Translations under genes and position numbers: made by a program
Shown: piece after piece, positions 26,673 to 35,309 of the stretch
Layout: the number at the start of each line of letters is the position of its first letter
Position numbering within the stretch: position 1 is the first letter of the stretch
DNA from: an uncultured bacterium
GTDB taxonomy: Bacteria > SAR324 > NAC60-12
Assembly (NCBI GenBank): GCA_964010765.1
Contig: CAXGMD010000030.1
Span: forward strand, 1 to 36,132
Length of the DNA: 36,132 nucleotides
Direction of reading: 5' to 3'
The notes under the pieces: generated by a model
The model's input: only the letters and a program-made list of their open reading frames with translations
Told to the model about the DNA's origin: nothing
The model's database searches: none

Positions 26673-26810
26673 TTTGTAATCCAATTAGAGTGAACTGATG
26701 TAGACGTCTACCAGCTGAACAAAGCTAAATTTAAGTAAATTATGGCACAGAGCAGGCATCAATTCAGTCAAAATTTTTACTTTGGAGTTGGTCTTTTGAT
26801 CAACTGTAAG

Positions 26811-26829
26811 AAATCCTTTGTAAGGATTT
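26811..26829. promoter_or_regulatory. Perfect inverted repeat in a divergent intergenic region (candidate operator)
   Basis: AAATCCTT-tgt-AAGGATTT. Confidence 0.35.
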
Positions 26830-26936
26830 AACAAGACCTCAAATGCACTCCGAGTAAAAAAAAAGTAAAATCAATTACTTGATTTCGGAAAAAATGCTCT
26901 ATTAAGTGATGTACCGAGCTTCTCATTAAGAGTAGT

Positions 26937-27046
26937 GACCGGGAAAAATAGCCCTTCCGCCCTTGTATTTCAGGGCTAGTTGGGGATATTTTGCAAATAG
27001 ATAGCCCTTTAATCTTGCTTTGGGGTTACAAAAATCCTTCCCGGTT
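26937..27046 (+). ncRNA. Candidate structured RNA / 5' leader (four-way junction)
   Basis: Closing stem GACCGGGAA (26937-45) / TTCCCGGTT (27038-46) encloses TAGCCCT/AGGGCTA and two further G-U-containing hairpins. Ends 33 nt before an ATG. Confidence 0.35.
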
Positions 27047-27079
27047 CTTAGAAAACTTCAAATTTCCCTTTCAAATTAA

Positions 27080-27775
27080 ATGAATCATCGGAAGATTCTC
27101 AAAATTTGGTGGTTTGTATTATCGTGTGGAATATGCCTCAGTTGGATTATGGAGCCATTGTTTGCCCAAGAACCAGCAGAAACTAGGAAATGGGTCGGGG
27201 GCGGAGAGGCATTTGGAACCTATGGCCAAAGCGATGTTGATAAATCAGAAGATATAGAGGGCATTACCCTTGAAATCATGCTTTCGCACAGAATTTTTGA
27301 TGATTCGATGGCGCTTGGAAAAGCATTCATGGACACCAGATTTGAGCATGGATTTGAAGACAGTTATGGAAATTATCATCAAATCAACGCAAGGGTCTTT
27401 CACATATATTACTCCTTTGGATTTGGAAAATCCTTTGAGTTACACAACAAGTTCCAGGTGGGTGCTACAGCAGACTTAGTCGGAGGACTTGGTCTGGCGA
27501 TATTTAACAAATACTACAAAACGGCATCTGGTCAAGAAATCAACTTTGATCCGAAATTTGGCGGAGATATTCTTGTAGGATATCAGTGGGCGATTTTTAT
27601 GGATTTCAATAACTACTGGACAGTAGGGATGAAATCTTCGGTTTACCGTAATAGATTATATGTTGAATTTGGGGGTGTTGATGCACATGTCAATCACATA
27701 CATTCAAACATGCTCTTCATTGGCATCAAACAAGGTTACACGGACTGTGTACCGACAGCATATGTCCAATGTTGA
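27080..27775 (+). CDS. Secreted hypothetical protein, putative outer-membrane beta-barrel (paralog 1)
   Basis: Signal peptide ending LFA-Q. Gly/aromatic-rich alternating strands (IYYSFGFG, VGYQWAIFMDF, MLFIGIK). Paralogous to the next gene. Confidence 0.8.
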   Translation: MNHRKILKIWWFVLSCGICLSWIMEPLFAQEPAETRKWVGGGEAFGTYGQSDVDKSEDIEGITLEIMLSHRIFDDSMALGKAFMDTRFEHGFEDSYGNYHQINARVFHIYYSFGFGKSFELHNKFQVGATADLVGGLGLAIFNKYYKTASGQEINFDPKFGGDILVGYQWAIFMDFNNYWTVGMKSSVYRNRLYVEFGGVDAHVNHIHSNMLFIGIKQGYTDCVPTAYVQC

Positions 27776-27877
27776 TTCCATTCAAAGATTTGAAGCTAAG
27801 AATGAGACATAAAAATAAGATATTTCGATCTTTGAGTATCAAAAACGTTAAAAATGAATATAGATCTGTAATTTTTT

Positions 27878-28561
27878 ATGTCAGATAAGCTGTTTAATTT
27901 TTGTGGGATTACCCTAATTCTCGGTCTAATGCTTGTTACCTCAGCAGTTGCCCAAGAGCCAGCTGAGACTCGCCGCTGGATCGGTTTTGGAAACTCGTAC
28001 GGTGATTATGGTGAAAATGACTTAGATCAAACATATTCTGTAAAAGGATTAGCAAACGAGATCATGATGGCTCACAAGATGTACGATGATGGAACGGCTT
28101 TCGGTCAAGCCCTAATGGATACACGCTTTGAGAAAAGTTTTGAGGACACAGATGGCAATTATCATCATGTGAATACTCGGGTTTTCCACAGCTACTTTTC
28201 GTTTGGTTATGGCAGGGCCTATGAGATGAATAACAAATTACATCTCGGAGGCACAGTGGATTTGATTGGTGGATTTGGCGTTATCGTCTTTAAGAAAGAT
28301 TATACTCTTGCATCAGGACAAAATCTCAAATTCAGTGAAAAGTTCGGTTTTGATTTATTGACTGGTTACCAATTGGCAGTTTTTATGGATTTGAACAATT
28401 ATTGGGTAATCGGTTGGAAGACAGCCTATTATCAAAATCGACTATATCTAGAGTTCGGAGATACTGTTGGTAATCTAAATCATATGCATTCCAATATGAT
28501 GTTCATCGGAACAAAATTAGGCTTCACAGACTGTGTTCCGACTGCTTATGTGCAGTGTTGA
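27878..28561 (+). CDS. Secreted hypothetical protein, putative outer-membrane beta-barrel (paralog 2)
   Basis: Signal peptide ending AVA-Q. The mature region aligns without gaps to paralog 1 over 202 aa. Confidence 0.8.
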   Translation: MSDKLFNFCGITLILGLMLVTSAVAQEPAETRRWIGFGNSYGDYGENDLDQTYSVKGLANEIMMAHKMYDDGTAFGQALMDTRFEKSFEDTDGNYHHVNTRVFHSYFSFGYGRAYEMNNKLHLGGTVDLIGGFGVIVFKKDYTLASGQNLKFSEKFGFDLLTGYQLAVFMDLNNYWVIGWKTAYYQNRLYLEFGDTVGNLNHMHSNMMFIGTKLGFTDCVPTAYVQC

Positions 28562-28593
28562 AGTGAAATAATTGTTATCCAACGAAATTGTGA

Positions 28594-28620
28594 ATTTGAA
28601 TTTTTTATTCAAATGTTTTT
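28594..28620 (+). terminator. Possible weak intrinsic terminator after the paralog pair
   Basis: ATTTGAAT-ttttt-ATTCAAAT followed by GTTTTT; AT-rich stem. Confidence 0.3.
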
Positions 28621-28821
28621 AACCTCGAAATTAGTCGAAACTTCCCACATTTCTGCATCGCTTCTATTCTAACCTCTCCAATCACTTGTTAATCTCCTGC
28701 AGGTACTCTCCTGTGAAAAATTCCTCAGTATTGAACAAAATTTATATCACACGTACTCACTCGCCGGTCAATTATCTGAATTTTAAATAATTTCTTTAGC
28801 TACTTATGAATTAAGGGTGGT

Positions 28822-30309
28822 ATGGGCAAAGCTATTCTTACCGGAGCGTTCAATCATGAAACCAACACATTTAGTAAGAATCCAACAGAGATTGCAGAGT
28901 TTGAAGCGTACTATGCGATCTTTGGTGAACAGATTTTGACCAAATTTCGAAACGTCAACCACGAACAAGCCGGTTTTATCGACTGTGCAGATCAGTTTGG
29001 CTGGGAACTAGTCCCCTCTGTTGTAGCAACCGCAAACCCTGGGGGTACGGTTACTAAGGAGGCGTTTGAACGCTACGGAGGTGCTATCTTAAAGCAGGCT
29101 AGTTCCAGAAGATGGGATGGAATTGCCCTCTCACTGCACGGAGCCATGGTGGCTGAGGGAATATTCGATGCTGAAGGGCATTTACTTGAGGAACTTCGTG
29201 CGATTGTTGGATCTGAAGTGCCCATTGCCATAACGCTGGACCTCCATGCGAACGTTACCGAGAAGATGTGTCGGCATGCGAACATTATTGTTTCCTATAA
29301 GACTTATCCACATGTGGATATGCGTGATGCCTCGGTTCATGCTGGACAAGCTCTGGAGTTCGCAATGGAAACCAAGTTAAGAATTAAGACGATCATCCGA
29401 CAACCTCCCCAAATTGAAGGACTTGATGGTGGTAGGACAGACGTCGAACCAATGACCATCTTGATTCCAAGACTCAAGGAAATGGAGGCTGAGTATGGTA
29501 TTTTTGCAGTGAGTTTGAATGCTGGATTTGCTTTGGCAGATGTTCCCTTTGTAGGCCCCTCGGTAACAGTAAGTTATGATGAAAAGACTGAGCAGCGAGC
29601 CATCAAAATCGCAAATGAGTTGGAAGAAGCGATTTGGCAATCACGCGATCGGGTCAACAATGAATACCTAACTCCGGAACAAGCAGCCCAGCTAGCGAAA
29701 TATTTTAACGGACAGAGCAAACCCTTGGTGATCGCCGATTACTCAGACAATCCCGGCGCTGGGAGTTATGGTGATGCTACCAATTTGTTGAAGGCCCTTC
29801 TGGAAGCTGGTGTTACAGAGGCTTGTTTTGGCGCAGTGTGTGATTTAGAGGCTGCCCAAATACTTTGCCAGGGAAAAGTTGGTGAAAAAATCACCTTAGC
29901 CTTGGGAGGAAAGAATGATTCAGATCTGGGAGGTGGCCCACTGAGGTTGACCGGAGAGATACTCGGAATTTACGATGGGAATTACCTGTCAGAGGGACCG
30001 ATGTACGCAGGTTTGACGAAAAGTTTCGGACCCACAGCAGTTTTTCGTGTGGAGGGAGTTGATATTTTGGTGACAACCCACAACTTACAGATTCTAGATC
30101 GAATGCAATTTGCTTCCTTTGGAATACACCCAGAAAAGCTGAAAGTCGTTGCCCTGAAGTCCATGCAACACTTCCGCGCGGCCTATGAACCCTTGGCAGC
30201 AAAAGTCATTGTTTGTGACTCAGGTGCTTTGGCACGCCCTAGAAGATCTACCTTGCCTTTCCAGAATGTTCGTCGACCCGTCTATCCATTAGATGTCATT
30301 GCGCGATGA
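28822..30309 (+). CDS. M81 family metallopeptidase (MlrC-like)
   Basis: HETNTF, LSLHGAMV, D.EG, LDLHANV, YKTYPHVD, DYSDNPGAG and KS.QHFRA. Confidence 0.92.
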   Translation: MGKAILTGAFNHETNTFSKNPTEIAEFEAYYAIFGEQILTKFRNVNHEQAGFIDCADQFGWELVPSVVATANPGGTVTKEAFERYGGAILKQASSRRWDGIALSLHGAMVAEGIFDAEGHLLEELRAIVGSEVPIAITLDLHANVTEKMCRHANIIVSYKTYPHVDMRDASVHAGQALEFAMETKLRIKTIIRQPPQIEGLDGGRTDVEPMTILIPRLKEMEAEYGIFAVSLNAGFALADVPFVGPSVTVSYDEKTEQRAIKIANELEEAIWQSRDRVNNEYLTPEQAAQLAKYFNGQSKPLVIADYSDNPGAGSYGDATNLLKALLEAGVTEACFGAVCDLEAAQILCQGKVGEKITLALGGKNDSDLGGGPLRLTGEILGIYDGNYLSEGPMYAGLTKSFGPTAVFRVEGVDILVTTHNLQILDRMQFASFGIHPEKLKVVALKSMQHFRAAYEPLAAKVIVCDSGALARPRRSTLPFQNVRRPVYPLDVIAR

Positions 30310-30317
30310 ATTTGGGG

Positions 30318-31319
30318 TTAATTCCAATGGCTGACCATCTTGCAAGCAAGGTCAAAGGCTGCTCGAGTTGCTCCAAGATTGGCTTTTCCCTGACCTGCAA
30401 TATCGAAGGCTGTGCCATGGGCCGGTGTGGTTACAGGAAAAGGAATGCCACCCTGCACCGTTACGCCACGACTGAACCCCAAAAGCTTGAGAGCGATTTG
30501 CCCCTGGTCATGATACATCGTGACCACTGCATCTATTTCTTTGGCGATAGCTTTGAGAAATACTGTGTCAGAAGGCCAGGGACCATCCACAGGAAGCCCC
30601 TCTGATTGAAGAGATTGAACAGCCGGGAAAATCACATCGATTTCCTCACGCCCAAAGTTACCCCCGTCGCCTGCATGAGGGTTTAGAGCTGCCACGGAGA
30701 TTTTTGGGGAAGCAATTCCCGAATTACAAAGTACTCCATGAATCAAACGGACAGATTCACTAATACTGTGTTCGTTGATTCGCTCAGCTACATCTTTTAA
30801 GGAGATGTGGCTTGTGACCCGACTGGTCCACATTCCATCAAATGTGTTCAACTCGCTGATATAGTTGTTAACTTTTAGACGGGTAGCCATGTAATGAAGC
30901 TCATCGTCGTGTCCTAAACCAGCCGAGTGCATCGCTTGCTTGTTGAAAGGTGCAAAGACTACTGCATCAACGATCCCATCTTTTGCAAAATCCAAGGCGA
31001 CATTCAACGTGTTGAGGACTGAAGCCCCAGAACTTTGAGTTGCCTCTGAAATCCTGACATCATCAATGGATATGGTCTGGGTGGAATGGAACGCAAAACT
31101 ACCTGAATCTGCTGATAACCATTCACTTTTTAGGGGATCTATTGGCTTAAAGGTATTTTTCATCCCTGCCTGCTGCTGACCCAACTCCAGCACATGCCTA
31201 TCTCCGATAACCATGACGTCTGCTTCCTCAGAGAGTCCGGGTTCTGCAAGTAACTTCGCCAAAAGTTCGGGTCCGATTCCACTGGGATCTCCAGGTATCA
31301 AAGCAATTCGAGGTTTCAT
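30318..31319 (-). CDS. PdxA-family dehydrogenase (divergent)
   Basis: GDPSGIGPE, VTSHI, LNPHAGD.G.FG.EE, GP.PSDTVF, MYHDQG...K and HGTAFDIAGQG. Confidence 0.9.
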   Translation of the reverse strand: MKPRIALIPGDPSGIGPELLAKLLAEPGLSEEADVMVIGDRHVLELGQQQAGMKNTFKPIDPLKSEWLSADSGSFAFHSTQTISIDDVRISEATQSSGASVLNTLNVALDFAKDGIVDAVVFAPFNKQAMHSAGLGHDDELHYMATRLKVNNYISELNTFDGMWTSRVTSHISLKDVAERINEHSISESVRLIHGVLCNSGIASPKISVAALNPHAGDGGNFGREEIDVIFPAVQSLQSEGLPVDGPWPSDTVFLKAIAKEIDAVVTMYHDQGQIALKLLGFSRGVTVQGGIPFPVTTPAHGTAFDIAGQGKANLGATRAAFDLACKMVSHWN

Positions 31320-32035
31320 AAGGGATGATTCTCAGGTGGTTTGGAAAGATTCTCCTCTTGATCTTCAGAGATGTTATTAATTGTAGTATCCAAGTGATTT
31401 CGTAGGGCAATCGATATCTGCCTGGTGTCCCGTTTTCTAAGAGAATCGGCAATCTGATCATGTTGATCCAGGGTCATCGTCCGTCTTGTCGCTCTCCGAG
31501 AAGACACAAAACGCGCTCTCCAGAGCCGAGCATTGTACTGGCGATGAGTCTCAATCAGAGCTGGATTGCGGCTTGCAGCCACCAGTTGCCGATGAAATTC
31601 CATGTCAATCTTAAAGAACTCCAACGGCTCAATCCTGTCAGATTTTTCAGACATTTCTTCTGCTAATGCTGCAATTGAATCGATCTCATCCTGATTTGCT
31701 CGTTCACAAGCCAGTTCACCGGCAAGAGACTCTAACGCACCAATGATTTTGATCAAATCAGCCAACTCTAAGAGCGATGGATTGGCTACAAAGGGTCGTC
31801 GAGTCGAACTGTACTCCACCAAACCTTCGTGCTCCAAAATCTTTAGGGCTTCTCGGAGTGGAGTTCTGCTGATGCCCAGCACCGAGGCGAGATCTCGTTC
31901 TGGGATAGGGATGCCCGGTTTAAGCTTTTCGAGCAGGATCAACTCTCTAAGTGCATCAGCTGCCTCATCAGCAAGCGATCTTCTTGGTTTGAGCAGTGGT
32001 TGCCCAGAAGTCTTCAATTCGTCAAGTGGTTGCAT
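31316..32035 (-). CDS. GntR family (FCD) transcriptional regulator
   Basis: LKPG..IPERDLA..LGISRTPLREAL wHTH. FCD motifs D.EFH, SRN and QH.QI...NH. Confidence 0.94.
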   Translation of the reverse strand: MQPLDELKTSGQPLLKPRRSLADEAADALRELILLEKLKPGIPIPERDLASVLGISRTPLREALKILEHEGLVEYSSTRRPFVANPSLLELADLIKIIGALESLAGELACERANQDEIDSIAALAEEMSEKSDRIEPLEFFKIDMEFHRQLVAASRNPALIETHRQYNARLWRARFVSSRRATRRTMTLDQHDQIADSLRKRDTRQISIALRNHLDTTINNISEDQEENLSKPPENHPL

Positions 32036-32167
32036 CCCAAAATTATGATTCTGAATTAGATTATATAAAATCTAAAAATCAAAAATTATCCTTAGATAAG
32101 CAAATATTTTCAGCTATTTGAAAATTCATTAATAAATTAGAGAACCAGAACTACCTTCACAAAGTTC

Positions 32168-33646
32168 TCAAGATTTTATCGATTTTATCTTTCGCAACAG
32201 ATAGGGTCCAGCCAGCGCCAAAACTGTCAAAACAAGGAAAAACAAAGAAAGTGGTCTTGTTGCGATCAACCACCATTGTTCGTCCAACATCACCATGCTC
32301 TGTCCTAGACGCTTCTCTAGCATCCCTCCCAGAATCAAGCCTATTGCAAGAGATACTACTGAGAATCCATACCTCTTCATCAGGTAGCCGATCACACCAA
32401 AGATAAGGGCAATCCAGACATCAATCATCGATTGATCCAGTGCGTAAGCCCCAACCATTGAAAAAAGAAAGACCATGGGCCATAGAATTGTCAATGGGAT
32501 CAAAGTGGCCCGTGCAAAGATGCGTGCGCCATACAAGCCCACGAAGAAAAATAAGACGTTGACCAAAAGCATCGACCAGAAAATGGCAAAAACGAAAGTA
32601 GATTGCTCGGTAAACATGGTTGGCCCTGGTCGAAGACCATGGACCATCAAGCCAGCTAGAATTACAGCAGCAGTGGGACTTCCTGGTATTCCAAGAGCCA
32701 AGGTAGGCACCATGGCACCACCTGTCGCCGAATTGTTAGCAGCTTCGCTTCCGGCAATTCCTTCGATAGAGCCTTTCCCGAATTCTTCAGGAGTTTTTGA
32801 CCAGCGCTTAGCCTCATTGTATCCAATCATTGATGCGATGGTCGCTCCTTCTGCTGGCAAAATTCCGATGAATGTCCCAATCCCTGACGAACGTAAAATT
32901 GCCTTCCAGGTTTTCTGATAATCCGCCTTGCTGGGCAATTGAATAGCGCGAAGAGTGATTCGTTCACGGACAATCCCAAGTTGACCCGCCTGAGTAAGAA
33001 GTTCTGCAATTCCAAATACTCCAATCATGACGGGTACAAAGCCAATCCCTTCGGTTAATTCGTTCATACCAAAGGTAAATCGCTCAACAGTTGTGAGTAG
33101 ATCAATCCCGACTGTTGCCAATAGAACTCCGAATGCCCCAGACATAATGCTCTTGATCGAGGATTCTTCACCGATTGAGGCCAACATTGACAGTCCAAAG
33201 ACCGTAAGAGCAAAATATTCGGGAGGAGCAAATTTATAAGCAGCTCCAGCTAAAAGCGGGGCCGCTGCCATCAGACAAAGTACGCTGATGATTCCGCCAA
33301 TTGTAGAAGAGACAGCTGCCATTCCGAGAGCTCTTCCTGCCTCCCCGCGTTGAGCTAGAGGATATCCATCAAGACAGGTGGTAGCACTTGCAGAAGTACC
33401 GGGAGTATTGATCAAAATGGCAGTGATCGCGCCAGCAAAGGTCGCTGCACAATAGATCGTAGTGAGAACCGCAATTGCTGCAATCGGTTCCATTGTGATG
33501 GTAAAGGGAAGTAGAAGCGCAACCCCGTTGGTAGCATTCAGACCAGGGAGCGCTCCGACAAGAATCCCTCCTAAAGTGGCCAACACAATCAACAGGAGCA
33601 GCATTGGGTCAGCTAGCGCCCAAAGACCAGAGAAGATGGCTTCCAA
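32168..33646 (-). CDS. tctA: Tripartite tricarboxylate transporter large permease TctA
   Basis: GALPGL, AILINTPGT, LDGYPLA, EAANNS, PTLALGIPG and GLRPGP. Probable start TTG 33646, after the tctB stop. Confidence 0.93.
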   Translation of the reverse strand: MEAIFSGLWALADPMLLLLIVLATLGGILVGALPGLNATNGVALLLPFTITMEPIAAIAVLTTIYCAATFAGAITAILINTPGTSASATTCLDGYPLAQRGEAGRALGMAAVSSTIGGIISVLCLMAAAPLLAGAAYKFAPPEYFALTVFGLSMLASIGEESSIKSIMSGAFGVLLATVGIDLLTTVERFTFGMNELTEGIGFVPVMIGVFGIAELLTQAGQLGIVRERITLRAIQLPSKADYQKTWKAILRSSGIGTFIGILPAEGATIASMIGYNEAKRWSKTPEEFGKGSIEGIAGSEAANNSATGGAMVPTLALGIPGSPTAAVILAGLMVHGLRPGPTMFTEQSTFVFAIFWSMLLVNVLFFFVGLYGARIFARATLIPLTILWPMVFLFSMVGAYALDQSMIDVWIALIFGVIGYLMKRYGFSVVSLAIGLILGGMLEKRLGQSMVMLDEQWWLIATRPLSLFFLVLTVLALAGPYLLRKIKSIKS

Positions 33647-33648
33647 TT

Positions 33649-34131
33649 TTACCCGTACCAAAGATTCGTCAATAAACCGCGTGGGAAGCGGACTTCAAAG
33701 ACCAGATCGAAGAGAAAAAACACAAATGTTGGAAAAAACAGAGTAACCAGAAGCAAAGCTCCTAATCGGCGCTCCCCCCAACTGAAAGACAGCATTCCAC
33801 TAAAACAGCCTAGTGCAATAAAGAAATCTAAGTGTGTCAATAGAACAAAAACCACCATCAATGCGAGTGATATAAACACTGAAGGTGGAACGGCAGGTCG
33901 GTTGTGTTGGGTGTTTTCAAAAGGTAGTAAGCAAGCTAGGCCAATCAACAACAAAAGGATTAATTGTGGAAAATCAGAAGGCTGAATGCCCCGCTTGAGA
34001 ATTTCTGGAACACGGTCGAATTGAGTCGTTAAATTAAAGGCAATGGCACAGAACAAGATGATCAATCCAGGGATTACCCAGCGACTGACATTTGCTGAGC
34101 CTGATTTTATGGAGTTGGATTGATGGGCCAT
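33649..34131 (-). CDS. tctB: Tripartite tricarboxylate transporter small permease TctB
   Basis: Four hydrophobic segments, P..FP motif and C-terminal F...FEVRFPRG. Lies between tctC and tctA. Probable start ATG 34131. Confidence 0.85.
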   Translation of the reverse strand: MAHQSNSIKSGSANVSRWVIPGLIILFCAIAFNLTTQFDRVPEILKRGIQPSDFPQLILLLLIGLACLLPFENTQHNRPAVPPSVFISLALMVVFVLLTHLDFFIALGCFSGMLSFSWGERRLGALLLVTLFFPTFVFFLFDLVFEVRFPRGLLTNLWYG

Positions 34132-34155
34132 CTGATGAAACCGAGAGGAGAAGAG

Positions 34156-34174
34156 GTGCCCCAAAATGAGGCAC
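34156..34174 (-). terminator. Intercistronic stem-loop after tctC
   Basis: Minus strand GTGCCTC-atttt-GGGGCAC (7 bp including one G-U) followed by a pyrimidine run. Confidence 0.5.
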
Positions 34175-34185
34175 AATCAGAGGAG

Positions 34186-35136
34186 TTATTGAATGAAGCC
34201 CAATTCAGTGAGGGCATCTTTCATATCAGTCACCATCGTTTGCAGCTGGTTACCCCAAACTTCAGAACCAGCTACAGAAGTCGAATCTAAGCCCACAGAT
34301 GTTAGGAAACCCTGATAAACTCCATGTTTCATGGCTTTGATCAGTGAATCCTCAATTTTCTTAGCCACGTCATCTGGAACATCCTTGTGAACGACAAATC
34401 CTCTGACAGTAGAAAAACTAACAGGAATCCCCAATTCTTTTGCAGTGGAAACATCGGAAATTGCTGACATTCTCTCATCAGCAAGAACAACGATTGGGCA
34501 GACATCTCCAGCTTCAATTTGTGCTCCAGCTTCAGCTAAGTTCAATACACCGACATCCACGGCACCTGCTACCAATTGGGTTGCCAGTTCACCACCACCA
34601 TCAAATGGGACGATCTTTGGTGTTGCTAGGTTGCCTCGCTTTGTGAACATAAATGCCGAAACATCATCAATGTTTCCAAGGTGCGTTGTCCCATAAGTCA
34701 ACGGTTTATCTTTCTGTGCATTAACAAAGCTTTGAGCGCTGTCATAGACCCCGCAGCGGACCATCAAAATTTGCGGGTCGTCCGTGCCTCTAGCAATTGG
34801 GCGGACGTCATCCAAGGTCATCTTGGTTTTGTTTTTCGCTAACTCAGCAGCATGACCAATTGTGAAGGTCAAAATTGAATAGCCATCAGCTGGCTGCTCA
34901 AGATAATAATCCATAGCTACGGAGCCACCCCCACCACGCTTGTTGACAACCACCATGTCTTCGCCCAACACCCTGCGTGCGCGCAGCATCATCATTCGAG
35001 CAGTTACGTCGGTCCCACCCCCTGCTCCAGCATGAGTGATTACCTCTACAGTTTTGTTTGGATAGTCACTGGCACTGACCAATGTACCACCAAGCAGCAT
35101 CACCGCTGCTAACGCTGTTGTGAATAGTTTCTTCAT
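34186..35136 (-). CDS. tctC: Tripartite tricarboxylate transporter substrate-binding protein TctC (Bug family)
   Basis: Signal peptide, YP.K.V, AGGGTD..AR, VVNKRGGGG, ADGY and VPFDGGG. AAGGAGG RBS. Confidence 0.93.
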   Translation of the reverse strand: MKKLFTTALAAVMLLGGTLVSASDYPNKTVEVITHAGAGGGTDVTARMMMLRARRVLGEDMVVVNKRGGGGSVAMDYYLEQPADGYSILTFTIGHAAELAKNKTKMTLDDVRPIARGTDDPQILMVRCGVYDSAQSFVNAQKDKPLTYGTTHLGNIDDVSAFMFTKRGNLATPKIVPFDGGGELATQLVAGAVDVGVLNLAEAGAQIEAGDVCPIVVLADERMSAISDVSTAKELGIPVSFSTVRGFVVHKDVPDDVAKKIEDSLIKAMKHGVYQGFLTSVGLDSTSVAGSEVWGNQLQTMVTDMKDALTELGFIQ

Positions 35137-35173
35137 GATTCCTCCTTAGAGATTGAGAAAGAGCGCTGAAAGG

Positions 35174-35191
35174 TATTTGGTATTCCAAATA
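35174..35191. promoter_or_regulatory. Candidate GntR/FCD operator in the divergent promoter
   Basis: TATTTGG-TATT-CCAAATA, resembling TGGTATACCA-type FadR-subfamily palindromes. Confidence 0.5.
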
Positions 35192-35309
35192 TTGTCGAGT
35201 AAAAAATGTTCACCAAAAAATCTTCCTTGAACGAAATTCGTTTTTAAGTTAAAGCCTCGGGCCAGAATCGAAATATCTTTTTGGGATTTACACAAAATTG
35301 AGGAACATC

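Noticed and set aside
26937..27046. c-di-GMP-I or cobalamin riboswitch, or tRNA
   Set aside because: GCAAA and GGGGTTAC fragments occur, but the GNRA-tetraloop/receptor layout, the B12 box and the tRNA T-loop (GTTCGA) are absent.
28822..30309. Microcystin degradation (mlr) pathway
   Set aside because: Only an M81 family member is present. mlrA, mlrB and mlrD are absent, and the family is widespread.
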